Shown piece by piece: positions 24,589 to 36,766 of a stretch of 40,570 bases of DNA. Both the position numbers and the translations under genes were made by a program. The notes below the pieces were generated by a model, which was not told the origin of the DNA, made no database searches, and saw nothing but the letters and a program-made list of their open reading frames with translations. Position 1 is the stretch's first letter. Each line of letters opens with the position of its first letter. Source of the stretch: Trichoplax adhaerens (taxonomy: Eukaryota > Animalia > Placozoa); contig NW_002060999.1 of the NCBI RefSeq assembly GCF_000150275.1, positions 1 through 40,570 of the forward strand, written 5' to 3'.

Positions 24589-26974
24589 TAGCGGTTTAAT
24601 AAATTTTATAAATTTGAAGGCTATATCTTTATCGACTATTATTCTTGTGAAAAAGGATATCATTATGCTAACTTTAGCAAAGATACCGAATTTAATCGAA
24701 GTGAAGTAAGCAAGAAGTTTAATGCAATCTCCTGACGATGAAATGATCGTCAGTATTTAGAGTCATACCGTGAGTAGATGTAAGCAGGATAACCCTGACA
24801 GTAGACTCATTATATGAATCTTCTGTATTTGCTTCAATTTTCTAGCTAGAAATTTCGATTTGCAACAAAACAGCATCTGAATTATTAGAAGGATTAATTT
24901 CGAAGAATACAATTTAGAGGGAATAGGCTAAAACAGAGTTAATTAAAAATATTAGATTGGTGTTACACATCGAAAGATGATTATTACATCTTGCAGATGC
25001 TTTCCGAATCGTTTAACATACGATCTTGATCCTTAAATTCTATCGAAAATGAAAAAAAAGAATGTATTGATAATCGTAGACATTCATATATAAGTAATAA
25101 ATACAGTGAATATGACGTGACAGCTCATATATACCGACTGTAAATTCTAAAAACCGTTTTTATAACACAGAAACTGCTTCTAACGGTAGATACTGTAAGC
25201 ACAGAAAGCAGCCTTCTCCAAGATCAAAGCTAGAGCTGTCATTATTTTAACAATAACTAGCTTTTATATCTTCAAACTAGATTCACTAACTGCTATAGAG
25301 TGCATAAATGGAGCTTAGCAGTAATAGATAATGTCAGCTATCGCATATCCTTAAATCTAAATTAGTATAACTTTATTTTCTACTATAATATACGCTAAAA
25401 TACGCTTATAACACGAGATAAATCATGCCTAGAACTCGATCTGACTTTTGAGTTGTCTTACAAATCGAACGTCTAACTAATTCACTTGCTGTCACCGAAA
25501 AGTGAATTAGTTTTACAATTCTTGATATACTGTAAACTAGGTAGTGTAATCAGTTAGAGGCCATCACTACTAAAAGAGAGAAATTACGCACTACCGATTT
25601 TTTACTGCACGTTATGTTACTGCAGTATCATTATATTCCTTGCAAAAATCGTACAATTATTTTATTTAACTTGGAATTTGCAGAATTTTGTCAAGTTAAG
25701 ACTACACGAAAGCAAAATTGAGAATTTAATTAATTATAGTCTGAATTTACTGGATAGTAAGGGATAAATGACTGGAAAGCAATCCAGAGGGATTACAGCC
25801 ATACTTTGTGCAAAACTGTATACAGCACTAAGTTTACGGTGCAGTAAACAATACTGTAATGTATTACTGGATCAGGTTTCGGTAAATTCCGCGATTAATG
25901 TAAACCTGTATGAAGTAGTATAGAAATTGGAATTATCTTTAAATTAAATCAGAAAATAATATAATTGTAACTTCTACTTAGAGTAAAAAGGTATGTAAGC
26001 CGCATTTTTATAATAAAGTTAGTTCTTAAGTGCATTACTTAATGTGCAGTAAATTTAAAGCATAAAATCACTGAGAATTGGAATGATAAGTGGTTAAGAG
26101 AGAAGATTTTAAAATTTTGCTTTTCGTTATCTTATCGCAGAACCGGTTAGAGAAAATGATACAGACTGTCATTATTAAGTGCTTACTCAAAGTTGATGCA
26201 TTATTTATTTTGTTGCTAATTCATTTATTGGAAACTTATTTAGTGTAGACCAATCTCTTAACCAAATAATGTAGCTAGAACAATAAATCTGATAGCACGT
26301 CGAAAACATAATCAATAGAAAGAGTTAATAAACATATTTTAATAAAGATAACAATTTTACAACAAAAGCAATTATATATCTATTCTGAGGGCTAATCATA
26401 AAAAGTTTAACCTTACAATAGAATAAGCAGAATCAGTGGTTCTGTAAATATAATAAAACCTAGCAAGGTTTTCGCTTAAGGTTGCATTATTATTTCAAAT
26501 TATAATCAATTTTAAATTCAATTATATCTGAATGACAGCCAATAATGAGAAAAGATGGTAAAGTAGAACTGTTTTATTATTAAAGAAGCGTGTTTGATAT
26601 AAATATTCATATAACAAGAATACCTATCAAAAAATATTAAAACTTTACACGTGCAAAAACTGTAGAGAATATGCTTAATTTAGCATATAATAGCATTAGA
26701 CAATAGATTCGTATATTATAACCGGAAAAAAGTATTCCTCTTCATGCAGATGTACTTTTAGAAAGATATTTACGACGATAAACTATTAGACTATTGCCAT
26801 TTTCCTTTTTCATTCTTGCTTTAAATGGATATTGGTTGTATTCGAAGTATAAGTTTACTTGATCAGTTGCAGATTTCTAATATTTCAAGAGTGTAGGTCT
26901 CATATTCTGCTTTAGCAACTGCTAGTTCAGGTTTACGTGAACCTTTTTTACTAATCTTATTCTTGATTTATAAC

Positions 26975-27540
26975 TGTGATATATACCGATCACGAAATTC
27001 CAAATTTTAGAAAAATAAGGGCTTTATTGTATCTTATACAAAGATTAACTACAAACAGTTCTACTCTAGCCGAATACTACTACTAAAAACTTCTAGAACG
27101 AACTAATAGAATAATCTAAAGTTGCCTGCTTTTATACTTTTCGTAGCATTCGCAGCTACAATCCGCACGACAACCTTTTACCTTATTTTATACATAGTTA
27201 CTTTATTCTCAGTAACACTATTCTACTGCGGACCATCATTAATCCAATATGGATACGATTACAGTATTTACGTAGATATTATTCACCTCAGCTAAAGTAT
27301 AATGAATTAACCATATCCTGATATATGATTTACAGTTCTATTTTATCTTTAACCTTATTAGTAACTCAACTTCTTACTGTATATAGTCATCTGTACTTTA
27401 GCATACTGTAGAGTCTATACCACTACAGTCTATAGTTATGGCTACCAAAAATATCTTAGGATAAATATAGAAGTTACGCTAACGTACATTATACTAAACA
27501 TGGCTAGCAGTCTACAATCACAATACTAAGTTACATTACA
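26975..27540 (-). mobile_element. Solo-LTR-like element, family B, copy 2 (566 bp)
   Basis: TGTGAT...ATTACA with a perfect TSD ATAAC (26970-26974 / 27541-27545). Absent from the paralogous site at ~34210. Confidence 0.9.
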
Positions 27541-27631
27541 ATAACATAATCGTGTTAGTGAAGTTTCCAGTTTTTGATTCTTTATATATTATCGCTAACC
27601 AATTTCTACGTATATTTTATGTAAGGTTGTC

Positions 27632-28262
27632 TGTCACAAAACAGCTTTGCAACAACATAACGTAATGTACGATCAATAAGTCAATTCCTTGAACCACGTA
27701 TCAAGGAACGATATCTGCAGTATCACAAACACTTTTGCTCTACTAGCAGACTACACAAATACTTAGACGCCTTATATTTTACGTTAAACACTAAGTTTAA
27801 GAAATCCTCTTTATTACACGATATACTGCATTTATATACTCTTCCTCAATAGTTCATGAGTCATAGTTAGTACAATTAACTTTGGAATCATTTACTGAAT
27901 TAGATATTAATTATAGCTACTGCTCCCTTAATGCAGACAACAGAATTTACGAACATAGACATCTGATGACTAATGCAGAATAGTCAGATTACGATGTGTC
28001 CTATCACGGAACATTTCCATGGTAATTTACAATCTACCATAAGTAAGTTACCATCACAATGATTCGAACTGTAAGTAGATGATTTGCATTCCTTATTATA
28101 ACTATTAATTTCAGTATTTGTATATGTGTCACTGTCATAAAAAGTCAGAGCTATATTAAAACACAGTATATCCAAATTAGATGTTAACTAAATAAAGATA
28201 GGCTAACAGAATTATCCTAACATAGATATTTCTACCCTAATACAGTATACAACACTATCACA
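27632..28262 (-). mobile_element. Family A LTR, full-length copy
   Basis: Full-length reverse complement of 705-1334 with scattered substitutions. No clean TSD. Confidence 0.9.
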
Positions 28263-28333
28263 GGCTGGCATGGAAAATATGAGTCAGGCTTACTTTTGTA
28301 ATTTTTTTAGATCTGAAGAACGAAATATAAGAT

Positions 28334-28431
28334 AGTATATCCGAATTAGAAGTTAATTAAATAAGGATAGGCTAACAGAATTATCCTAACATAGATATTT
28401 CGACGCTAATACAGTATATAACACTGTCACA
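28334..28431 (-). mobile_element. Family A LTR 5'-end fragment (~100 bp)
   Basis: Repeats 28165-28262 and ends ACACTGTCACA. Confidence 0.85.
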
Positions 28432-29534
28432 ACGTAATACCTTGATAGCCCCTTACTAATGTAGCTTATATTATATACGGTATTGACTTAGGGATCTTTG
28501 AATCTTATATAGTTTAATTAAATTTTTATTAATAATCGTATTAATATCTAATCAGAGGCTCGAGACGGTTACAGCTATTGCTTCTTGTAGAAGAAAAGTT
28601 TTGTTTTATATTCTTCCTTTACTGGCTGCAAAATTTTTATTATAATCATTTTTACAAGTACCAAAAATTTATTGCATACCAAATGCTGAAATCTTATAAA
28701 TTTAATCAAAGGAATGTATAGATTATTTGCGTAATCAATCATATACTCGTTTATATCTCTGAAACCTTGTAAATACTCGCAAAATAAAAGAATTGCTAAT
28801 TAGAATTTTACTTAGCCGAAATGGAAAGTTTTTATCAGTATATTTTTCCAGATAGAAAACAAATGAATTTTTGAATTATTATATAAAATCTTAACCAATC
28901 ATATTTCATATATTCAGTTTAATAGGATAAGATGTACGAAATATATTGACGGGATAACGGTCAAATCTAGCTAAATGTTTTCAAAATGTATTAAAAATAT
29001 ATAATTTCGGTGCTCTTAGCTCATAAACATATCTTGCTATATAGTTCTTTCGATTTTGTTAGATTTAGCAGTACGCTGTAGTTCCTATGACCGAACTTCA
29101 TTAGATATGCAATTCTGAATCATAGTGTCTTATATTTCTGTAATAATATTAAAAATATTATTAATAGTGATGATAGTACCAATAACATAATGCGAATTTC
29201 TGCTTTAACTATGCCAGTTCTATGTTTACCATAGCCGAATATAGATGTTATTGAAATTTCCATTATAAACCCTTCCTTACCTTCTGAGTAGCAACTGGTT
29301 TTATTTATACTAAAGTTGATTATCAAATTAAAAAACATCGTCTATCAGCTGTATGCATTATCATTTTATCGTACTGCCTTGAAAATTAAAGTATTGTAAC
29401 TGCAATGATAGAATATAATTTTATATTTTCCCTAGGTATATTGTGAGTCTAATATAACTGGTTGCTGTTTTTCATATTGCTAAAGGTATTTAATTTGAAT
29501 TCCTTTCGTAAATGAAGTTTATTCTTCCGCTCAA

Positions 29535-30591
29535 ATGGCAAACCAAACTACTATCAATTCTGTTTCGGTAGAAATGACTTTTACTGCTACCAGCGTCATT
29601 CCAAAGGGTATTTAAATAAGAATGCTGTTATTGCACTTCCTATCCTATTTCTGATTGCCTTGATTTCGGTTTTTGGAAATCTGCTTAACTTGACTATAAT
29701 TTATCGTTCAGCCACGTTATGGTCTAACAATTATTGCCTACTGACTAGTCTAGCTGTTGCAAAATTTTTTACTGGCTTAATCGTGGTTACAACCATTATT
29801 GCTGCTATCTTTTATAAGAAATATAGGCTTATTTGTCAGATTCAAGGCTCCACACTCTCTTATTTTAATGGAGCATCGTTTGTTGTGGCAGCGGGCGTTA
29901 GTATCGATCGTTGTTCTGCTGTAATTAATCCTTATAGATATATTTCGGAATTGCAAACACGTCGTTATGCAGTAATGATTATTTCTGGATGGATATTACC
30001 TATATCTATAGCTATTTTACCTCTATTGAATTTACAAAGATTTGGATTTGGCCAATATACTTTTCAAGATGTTTGCTAAGTATCTTTATCGATCGATGCT
30101 AGTAACTATCTTATCCTCTTATTCAGTTCTTTGGCTATATCTTCAGCGATATTAGTGACGGCTTGCAGTTATGCAGTCATATTTTATATCGCTTTTAGCA
30201 AAAATATATCACTTTTAGCTGGTTTTAGTGGTATAAAAAAATCAATTCGGACAACACTTTTAATCGTTAGTACTAATATGTTGTGTTGGCTACCGTTAGC
30301 TTTCTTTTGCATAGTTAATACTATTAACTATCTAATTTATCAGACAGGCTATACAATTTCTTACAAGCTAGAGTTACTGGCAGTTATGTTATCTTTTTTA
30401 ATTTTGCTCTAAATCCAGTAATATGCGCTACAACTAATGTTGTCTTACGTCGGCAAATCATTAAATATCTAATGTAAATTAAGGATAAGGTTAGATCATT
30501 TTTCGGATTATCATCATTCAGAACTTCAGCAATAAATTTTAAACGTGGCAGTCGAGTCTCATATCGAGTAAAACCGGCTGAAGCTTGGTAA
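29535..30591 (+). pseudogene. Class A GPCR pseudogene (paralog 4)
   Basis: ATG at 29535 (MANQTT). Frameshift near 29615, then FGNLLNL and DRCSAVINPY. TAA at 30077 replaces the W of VCW. CWLP is present. A 1-nt deletion in a T-run at ~30395 precedes NPVIC; TAA at ~30475; ancestral end ...VKPAEAW* at 30591. Confidence 0.92.
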
Positions 30592-31130
30592 AAAAGTTAG
30601 TTTTACAGCTATTTCGATAAGACTTTTACTTAAAAATGGAAGTACTGTGTGATGTACGTACCTGGTAATCTCAAATTAATTGGACTAATAAATTTTATTT
30701 CGTATAATATTGACAATCTATATTTATATCAGCACTAAATGCTATTGCATTACGGAAGATCTATGTTCTTATTTTTGTTCTTAAAATTCAAATGTTTTTA
30801 ACTTCCAAATTTAAGTTTTTTCTGAAAAACTAGAAAATATCTATTTCTCATTATGTAATACAGTTCAAGACATTAAATTTAAATTAAAATATCATTCTGT
30901 TGTCAAATCCTTGTGTGGTGTTACATCAAGGCCGTTAGGCTAAAGACCTTCCTAAAAAAGGCTTTATCGCATTTACTGTATTCTTCAGCAGCAGGATTTA
31001 CAAGCTGATACTTGCTTTTACTTTAGTGGATGATAGTGAAGATAATAAATATGTACTAAATAATAGAAAGCAATTATTGTATCTAAAGTTATTATGGAGT
31101 GATGAATCTCAGTCGATTTAAATATGATAC

Positions 31131-31718
31131 TGTCAAGGTACGCCGTTACTAATTAAGTAACTGTAAATTAATGAATGCTTATGAATAGATAAGATAAGGT
31201 TATGTGCTATGTTTTAATGCGCTTGTAGCTGATAATAGTATGGTAGAAATGAGATAAAAATAGAAGTTGTTAGCTGTTAATTTACTGTAGGTTTATAAGG
31301 TGTGTTAATCTCTAAAAATTGAGCTGTATATGGACGAAGGTTAAGCGTCTTAACACCTGATAGCTTGTAGCTATCTAAGTCTGAGAATATCGACATGTAT
31401 ATTTAGTAACGGTATTATACTAATTAATGTAACTTGTAAAGCATGAATTCTCACTCGTTAATATTGGAATTCACTGTAGAAACCTATTTAAGCGCGTGTG
31501 TTTGTAGAATAAAGTAAGTAATTGCTCAAGAAACGGCAACACTCATATCGCGAAGAATAGTGTAATAATTAGTCAGTTGTCTGTGGAGATCAGTCGAGAA
31601 ATCGAGTTCTCAAATACTTCTCTCATAGAAACTGAAAGTACTGGGAGAAATAGCCCAAGTTTTAAGTAACTACACTAGAGTTCTTTACTTTCCTTTGCCA
31701 CAAGTGAGGGTTGTGACA
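31131..31718 (+). mobile_element. Solo-LTR-like element, family F (588 bp)
   Basis: TGTCAA...TTGTGACA with a perfect TSD GATAC (31126-31130 / 31719-31723). TATTTAA at 31485, AATAAA at 31508. Absent from the paralogous site at ~35455. Confidence 0.88.
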
Positions 31719-32341
31719 GATACTAGGAGAATCAGATTTTTTACTCTTCAATGAATGTTGAGTAAACGAAGATAGGATAGTTTATGAAGTACTATAACTA
31801 TCGGATCTGCTGAGATACTAGCTTTATTGACTTACAAATAAACTTAGTAACATTGCGTTAACTACTACTTTGTTTACGACTTACACTAAACGTAATATAG
31901 AGCTGCAATTGCGTTTTTGAAGATCGTCGTAGGCTAAGATGTTACTGTAATCGGGTACCATTCTAACATCTATTTTTACAGCAGAAACTGAATTGTTATG
32001 ATCCAATAATTCATTTACGTAGAGAAATGCAGAAGTTCGACTTAAACTGTTTTTCGTATCTCGCATTGTTGAAAATAACAAACTACAGTATTAGGTTAAT
32101 TGATGATCGTCTAAAATTTTATCCATACTATTGCATATTAGAAGCATATAAATCAAGTTAATCAGTGATACTTTCCTTATTACTGTTTTGCACTAGTAAT
32201 TGTAAAGTATTATCAGTTGATATCAGATACATAGAAAAATGAATTTTACAAATAGAATTTCTTATTCCTATTTCTAATAAAATAAAATTTACCTTGTTTA
32301 TAACATACAACCACAAAAGGAAATACTATACGAAGGAGGGT

Positions 32342-35300
32342 ATGACACAGACTGTCATCTTGAAGCACTTATTCTCAGAGGAAGTTTATTCAATTTTGTT
32401 TCTATTTAACTTTAAAGTTGGTGGGTAGAAACATAAATTAATCCTTAATTATCGAAATGGTGGTATGGAAAATTAAAATTGAAATGATGTGTAAACAAGA
32501 TTCATTAAACATTTGTTACTTTAAGGTAAAATTTCATTTCACCGTCAAAATAACGAGACTGATCTAGAAATGTATGATGCGATTTTAGTTTTAGTATTGT
32601 GTGTTAATTTAGAAATTTTTTAGGCTGGAAACAATTGTTAAATCGTTTATTGAGCGACTATAGTTTTCCCTTTTGCTGGTTAATATTATAGTTTGTCCAT
32701 AATATATTCGGACATATTATGAGAAAATGCAAAGCTATAATTTTAAAAATCAAGATTATAGTATTGTATCTATTTGTCATCGAATAGTAATTACAGATAA
32801 TACGATGAAATCGGTTCTATGAAATATTTTGGATCTAAAATCAAATTAAGTTAGTGGAATAGAATGAACCTGGCAAGGTTTGATAAAATCATATTGTATG
32901 GGCACCCATTAAGTAAACAAATCATAAGTTGTTGGAAGGACAGCCCTGATAAGAAATAGATACTAAACTCTTTAATTTATTAGATTCCATTATTAGAGGA
33001 TTCGTCGGTTAGATTGGCATATCAAAAGTAAAGTATTCTGATTTTAACAGGCTATAGTACTTCCCTCATATTGCAGTTGATTAATTCAAAATACATCAAT
33101 AAATCATACGTCGACATACAAGTAGAATATGGCGAATTAATAATTTTAGCATTCTTTAATGATCAACAGTATCTTATTATGACAATGTTTTATTCTCTTG
33201 TGGTGCGCTGAAAATCTGAAGAGGCAATTTTTCACATGGCATGAGGCCTTATAAATATGCTTAATTGACAGCGTAAACTACAGTCTGCCGGTACATACAA
33301 TGATACAGAATAGCATTTTTAGCTGTAAACAAATTACTTAAAAATTAATATAATATTATAAAAGCGTTTTACTACAATAATTGCCCGAGCTTGATTCGAA
33401 AATTTAGATTAATTTATACAAAAATAGAACATAATTTAAATTTTTTAAATGAAATCTAATACATAAATACAGTTAGTTAAGAATTTTAAAACTTTTAACA
33501 TAAATTTGTGTCTCTTTTTCCAAATTTGGACAGGATGTGCAGCCATATCTTAACCAAATATGGTAATTGTAAGGTTGGATCTGATTGTAACTAATAACAA
33601 TCGCATACTTACACTATAAGATCACTCCTCATAGTTTAAACCTTATAATAAAATTTAAAAATCAACAACTCTAAATATATAATGGGATCTAGCTTCATTA
33701 AAATTTTTCCTGTACATTAGGGTGCCTTATTGTTGTTAATTATAATGCCTTTTCAATTCAGTTAAATGCAAATAATTGTTAATACTGTGAAAAGGTACCG
33801 GAGTATGAAATTTCATTGTTAAATAAACAGTCTGTATACATATTCATATTACATTGATACCGGTCGGAAAAGCGCTGAAATTTTATGAGAGCAATAACGT
33901 CAGAGAATAAGACTAACTTATTACAAATGTCTGTAGATAATAGATTTCTTATATTATAAAAGTAAAAAATGGTTTATTCTTTATCTAGATATGCGTTTAG
34001 AAAGATATTTATAACGATACATTATCAGATTGTTGTTACTTTCCATAGTCCATTCTTGCTTTAAATGGATATCGATTATATCCGAAGCGTTAGCTTATAT
34101 GTTTCGTTGAAGATTTGTTATATTTTAATTCTGCAGATCATACATTCTGCCTCAGATACCACCGATAAAGAAATATGTGAGTGTTTTCTACTAATTGTCT
34201 ACTTGATTTACCGTATAATCGTACTTACTAATTTACCGGTCTTTATTAAATTATATATTATTGCTAACTAATTTCTATTCTATATAAGTTAATACCTAAT
34301 ATCGCTTTACCATCGCAAGCTAATATACTGTATTGGATTAGTGATCTTTTAATTTTATACAAGATTTACTTAGAATTATATTAATATTTTTATCTCATTA
34401 CTGGTTCGAGACGGCTACATTCATTGCTACTAGCGGTAGTTAAACTTTTTATATAGCAAATTCTTTGACTATATTTGGAGCGATATTAGTGACTGTTTGC
34501 TGTTACGCAATTGCATTTTATATCGCTTTTAGCAAAAATGTATCTAATTTAGACTGTTATAGTAGTATAAAAAAATCAACTCGGACAACATTTTAATCGT
34601 TGGTACTAATATGTTATGTTGGCTACTATTAGGGTTGCTATGTTTAGTTAATGTCATTAATTATCTAATTTATCAGACAAACTATACAGTTTCTTATAGA
34701 GTTGGGTTAATGACACTAATGTTATCTTTTTTTAGTATTGCTCAAAATCCATTAATATATGCCACAACTAATGCTATCTTACGTCGGCAAATCATTGAAT
34801 ATTTACTTTGCCTTAACAGTAAGATTAGATTATTTTTGGGATCCCGCTAATCGGGAAATTCAGCAATAAATTTTGAACGTAGCAGTCGAGTGTCATATCG
34901 AGTAACACCAGCAGACGCTTGGTAAAACGGTTGGTTTTGTAGCAACTACCATAAGATTTTTACTTAAGGATTGCAGTATTTCGCAGGTGTGTGTGACTGG
35001 TAACATCAAATTAGTTAGTATGCTAAATTTTATTTTATACAATAATGATAATTTAAATTTATATCAGTACTATATGTTATTGCATTATAGAAGACTTATA
35101 TTTTTGTTTTTGTTGGTAAAATTTCAGATATTTTAACCCTTAAATTTATTTCATTTATTAAAAACTAGAAAATATTTTCTTCTCATTCTGTAGTATAGGT
35201 AAAGACTACAAATTCGAAATAAAATTTTATTCTTTAGTCAATCCTTGCAGGTTTTTAAAGTAATTTTGAAGGGCGATAAATCTTCGTAGGAATGGTTATC

Positions 35301-35452
35301 ACAACTATTATTCTGGAGCAGAATATATAAGCCGGTTCTTGCTTATATTATTGTGGATGATAGTGAACATAGTAAATATGCAGTGGCTAATAGAAAGCAG
35401 TTATTGAATCTAAAGCTATTATTAAGTGATGAATCTTAGTGGATTTAAATAT
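32342..35452 (+). repeat. Tandem segmental duplication unit 2 (carries GPCR fragment 5)
   Basis: Colinear with 26155-31125. Lacks the B, A and F insertions and ~1.5 kb containing the 5' half of the GPCR. Confidence 0.85.
34455..34925 (+). pseudogene. Class A GPCR fragment, TM5 to C-terminus only (paralog 5, sister of paralog 4)
   Basis: AILVTVCCYAIAFYIAFSKN...KKSTRT, frameshift at ~34593, then MLCWLL...QNPLIYATTN. TAA at 34848; ancestral end ...VTPADAW* at 34925. Confidence 0.9.
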
Positions 35453-36304
35453 TATATTAGAAAAATAGAATATACGAAATAGCGATATGAAAGACAGAAA
35501 AATTTGATTTTCTTTTACGTATTACGCGTAATGATGATTTACTGTTTATAGTCCATTTGAATACCGCTATAGGTATGACTATTAATCTGCATTCCAGTAA
35601 TTAGCTACACTACGTCTTGGGCGAGAGCATAAATGTAGGTGTTAGTATAATAAAGGGTCTTAAAGGTATGATAAGAAGAACTGTAATTTCTAGTAAAACT
35701 CCAGTTTATTGCGTAAAATTAGTTTGTCTAACAATAATTAAATGTTTAACTCGAACTGTCTTAAGACAGTCTTGGTAATTCAATATCCAGCGAATTTGGG
35801 GTTGTACTACAGCTAGTGATCGAGAAAGTAGCAAATTCGACTATATGTCAAGTAATTATTTATTAGTACTATTATCGCATTATTCCTTTATCATTTAATT
35901 ATGCATTTATTGATCTTTAGCAACCAGTGCGATTAGCTTCATGAAGCTATTTTTAGAATTATTCCGAGTAAAAAATGATTACGGTATAATATTGATAGCA
36001 AAGAATGACTGACTTGCTACTGATCTGTGTAAATGCTTACGATATCTCATCTAGTAAAAAGAAGGTATGGCGCTTAAATCATAGAAAGAAGATATTATCT
36101 AAGAAACTTCTAAACAGGTTACGCTAATATCTTTGATCTTGCGCAAATCACAACAAATTGAAGTCAAAATTCAAATAATTATGTGACGCAGTTTTATAAA
36201 GGGATACGTATATACTATCGTTTTCGATTCTGCTATTTTGAAGGTTAACACAAAATGATAAAAGGCTAAATTTATCCTTCCCATTAGGAAGTAGAAAGTA
36301 AAGT

Positions 36305-36670
36305 TGTCAAAAAAAAAAACAGCTTTGCAACAAGATAACGTAATGTGCGATCAATAAGTTAATTCCTTGAACCACGTATCAAGGAACGATATCTGCACTA
36401 TCAGAAACACTTTTGATCTACTAGCAGACTACACAAAGACTGCGACGCCTCGTATTTTATGTTAAACACTTAGTTTAAGAATTAACTTTATTACGCGATA
36501 TACTGCATTTATAGACTCTTTCTCATTAGTTCATGGGTCATAATTAGTACGATTAACTTTGGAATCATTCACCGAATAAGACATTAATCTTAGCTATGCT
36601 CCCTAATGCAGACAACGGTATTTACGAACATAGACATCTAATGACTAATACAGTTTGTAAAATTGTCACC
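36305..36670 (-). mobile_element. Internally deleted family A LTR (366 bp)
   Basis: TGTCA...TGTCACC with a perfect TSD AAAGT (36300-36304 / 36671-36675). Matches ~990-1334, then jumps at CTAATACAG to the last ~17 nt of the other end. Confidence 0.87.
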
Positions 36671-36766
36671 AAAGTGCAGAAACCTGGCCAAAATATCGAT
36701 TCGGTATTGCCAATCAATTACTTTTAATCGAATATATACTAATGACAATCAAAGTGATTCGCAGTT

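Larger units (their letters stand above)
26155..31125 (+). repeat. Tandem segmental duplication unit 1 (carries GPCR paralog 4)
   Basis: Colinear blocks with unit 2: 26155~32342, 26450~32860, 26745-26970~33985-34210, 28435-28600~34290-34445, 30120-31125~34455-35452. Confidence 0.85.

Noticed and set aside
1-28262. Large inverted segmental duplication of 1-1334 at 26975-28262
   Set aside because: Element order, spacers and TSDs show independent insertions.
34065-34271. 68-aa ORF in the duplicated upstream block
   Set aside because: The paralogous sequence at 26825 starts ATGGATATT but reaches a stop (TGA at ~26860) within about 12 codons, so the coding frame is not conserved.
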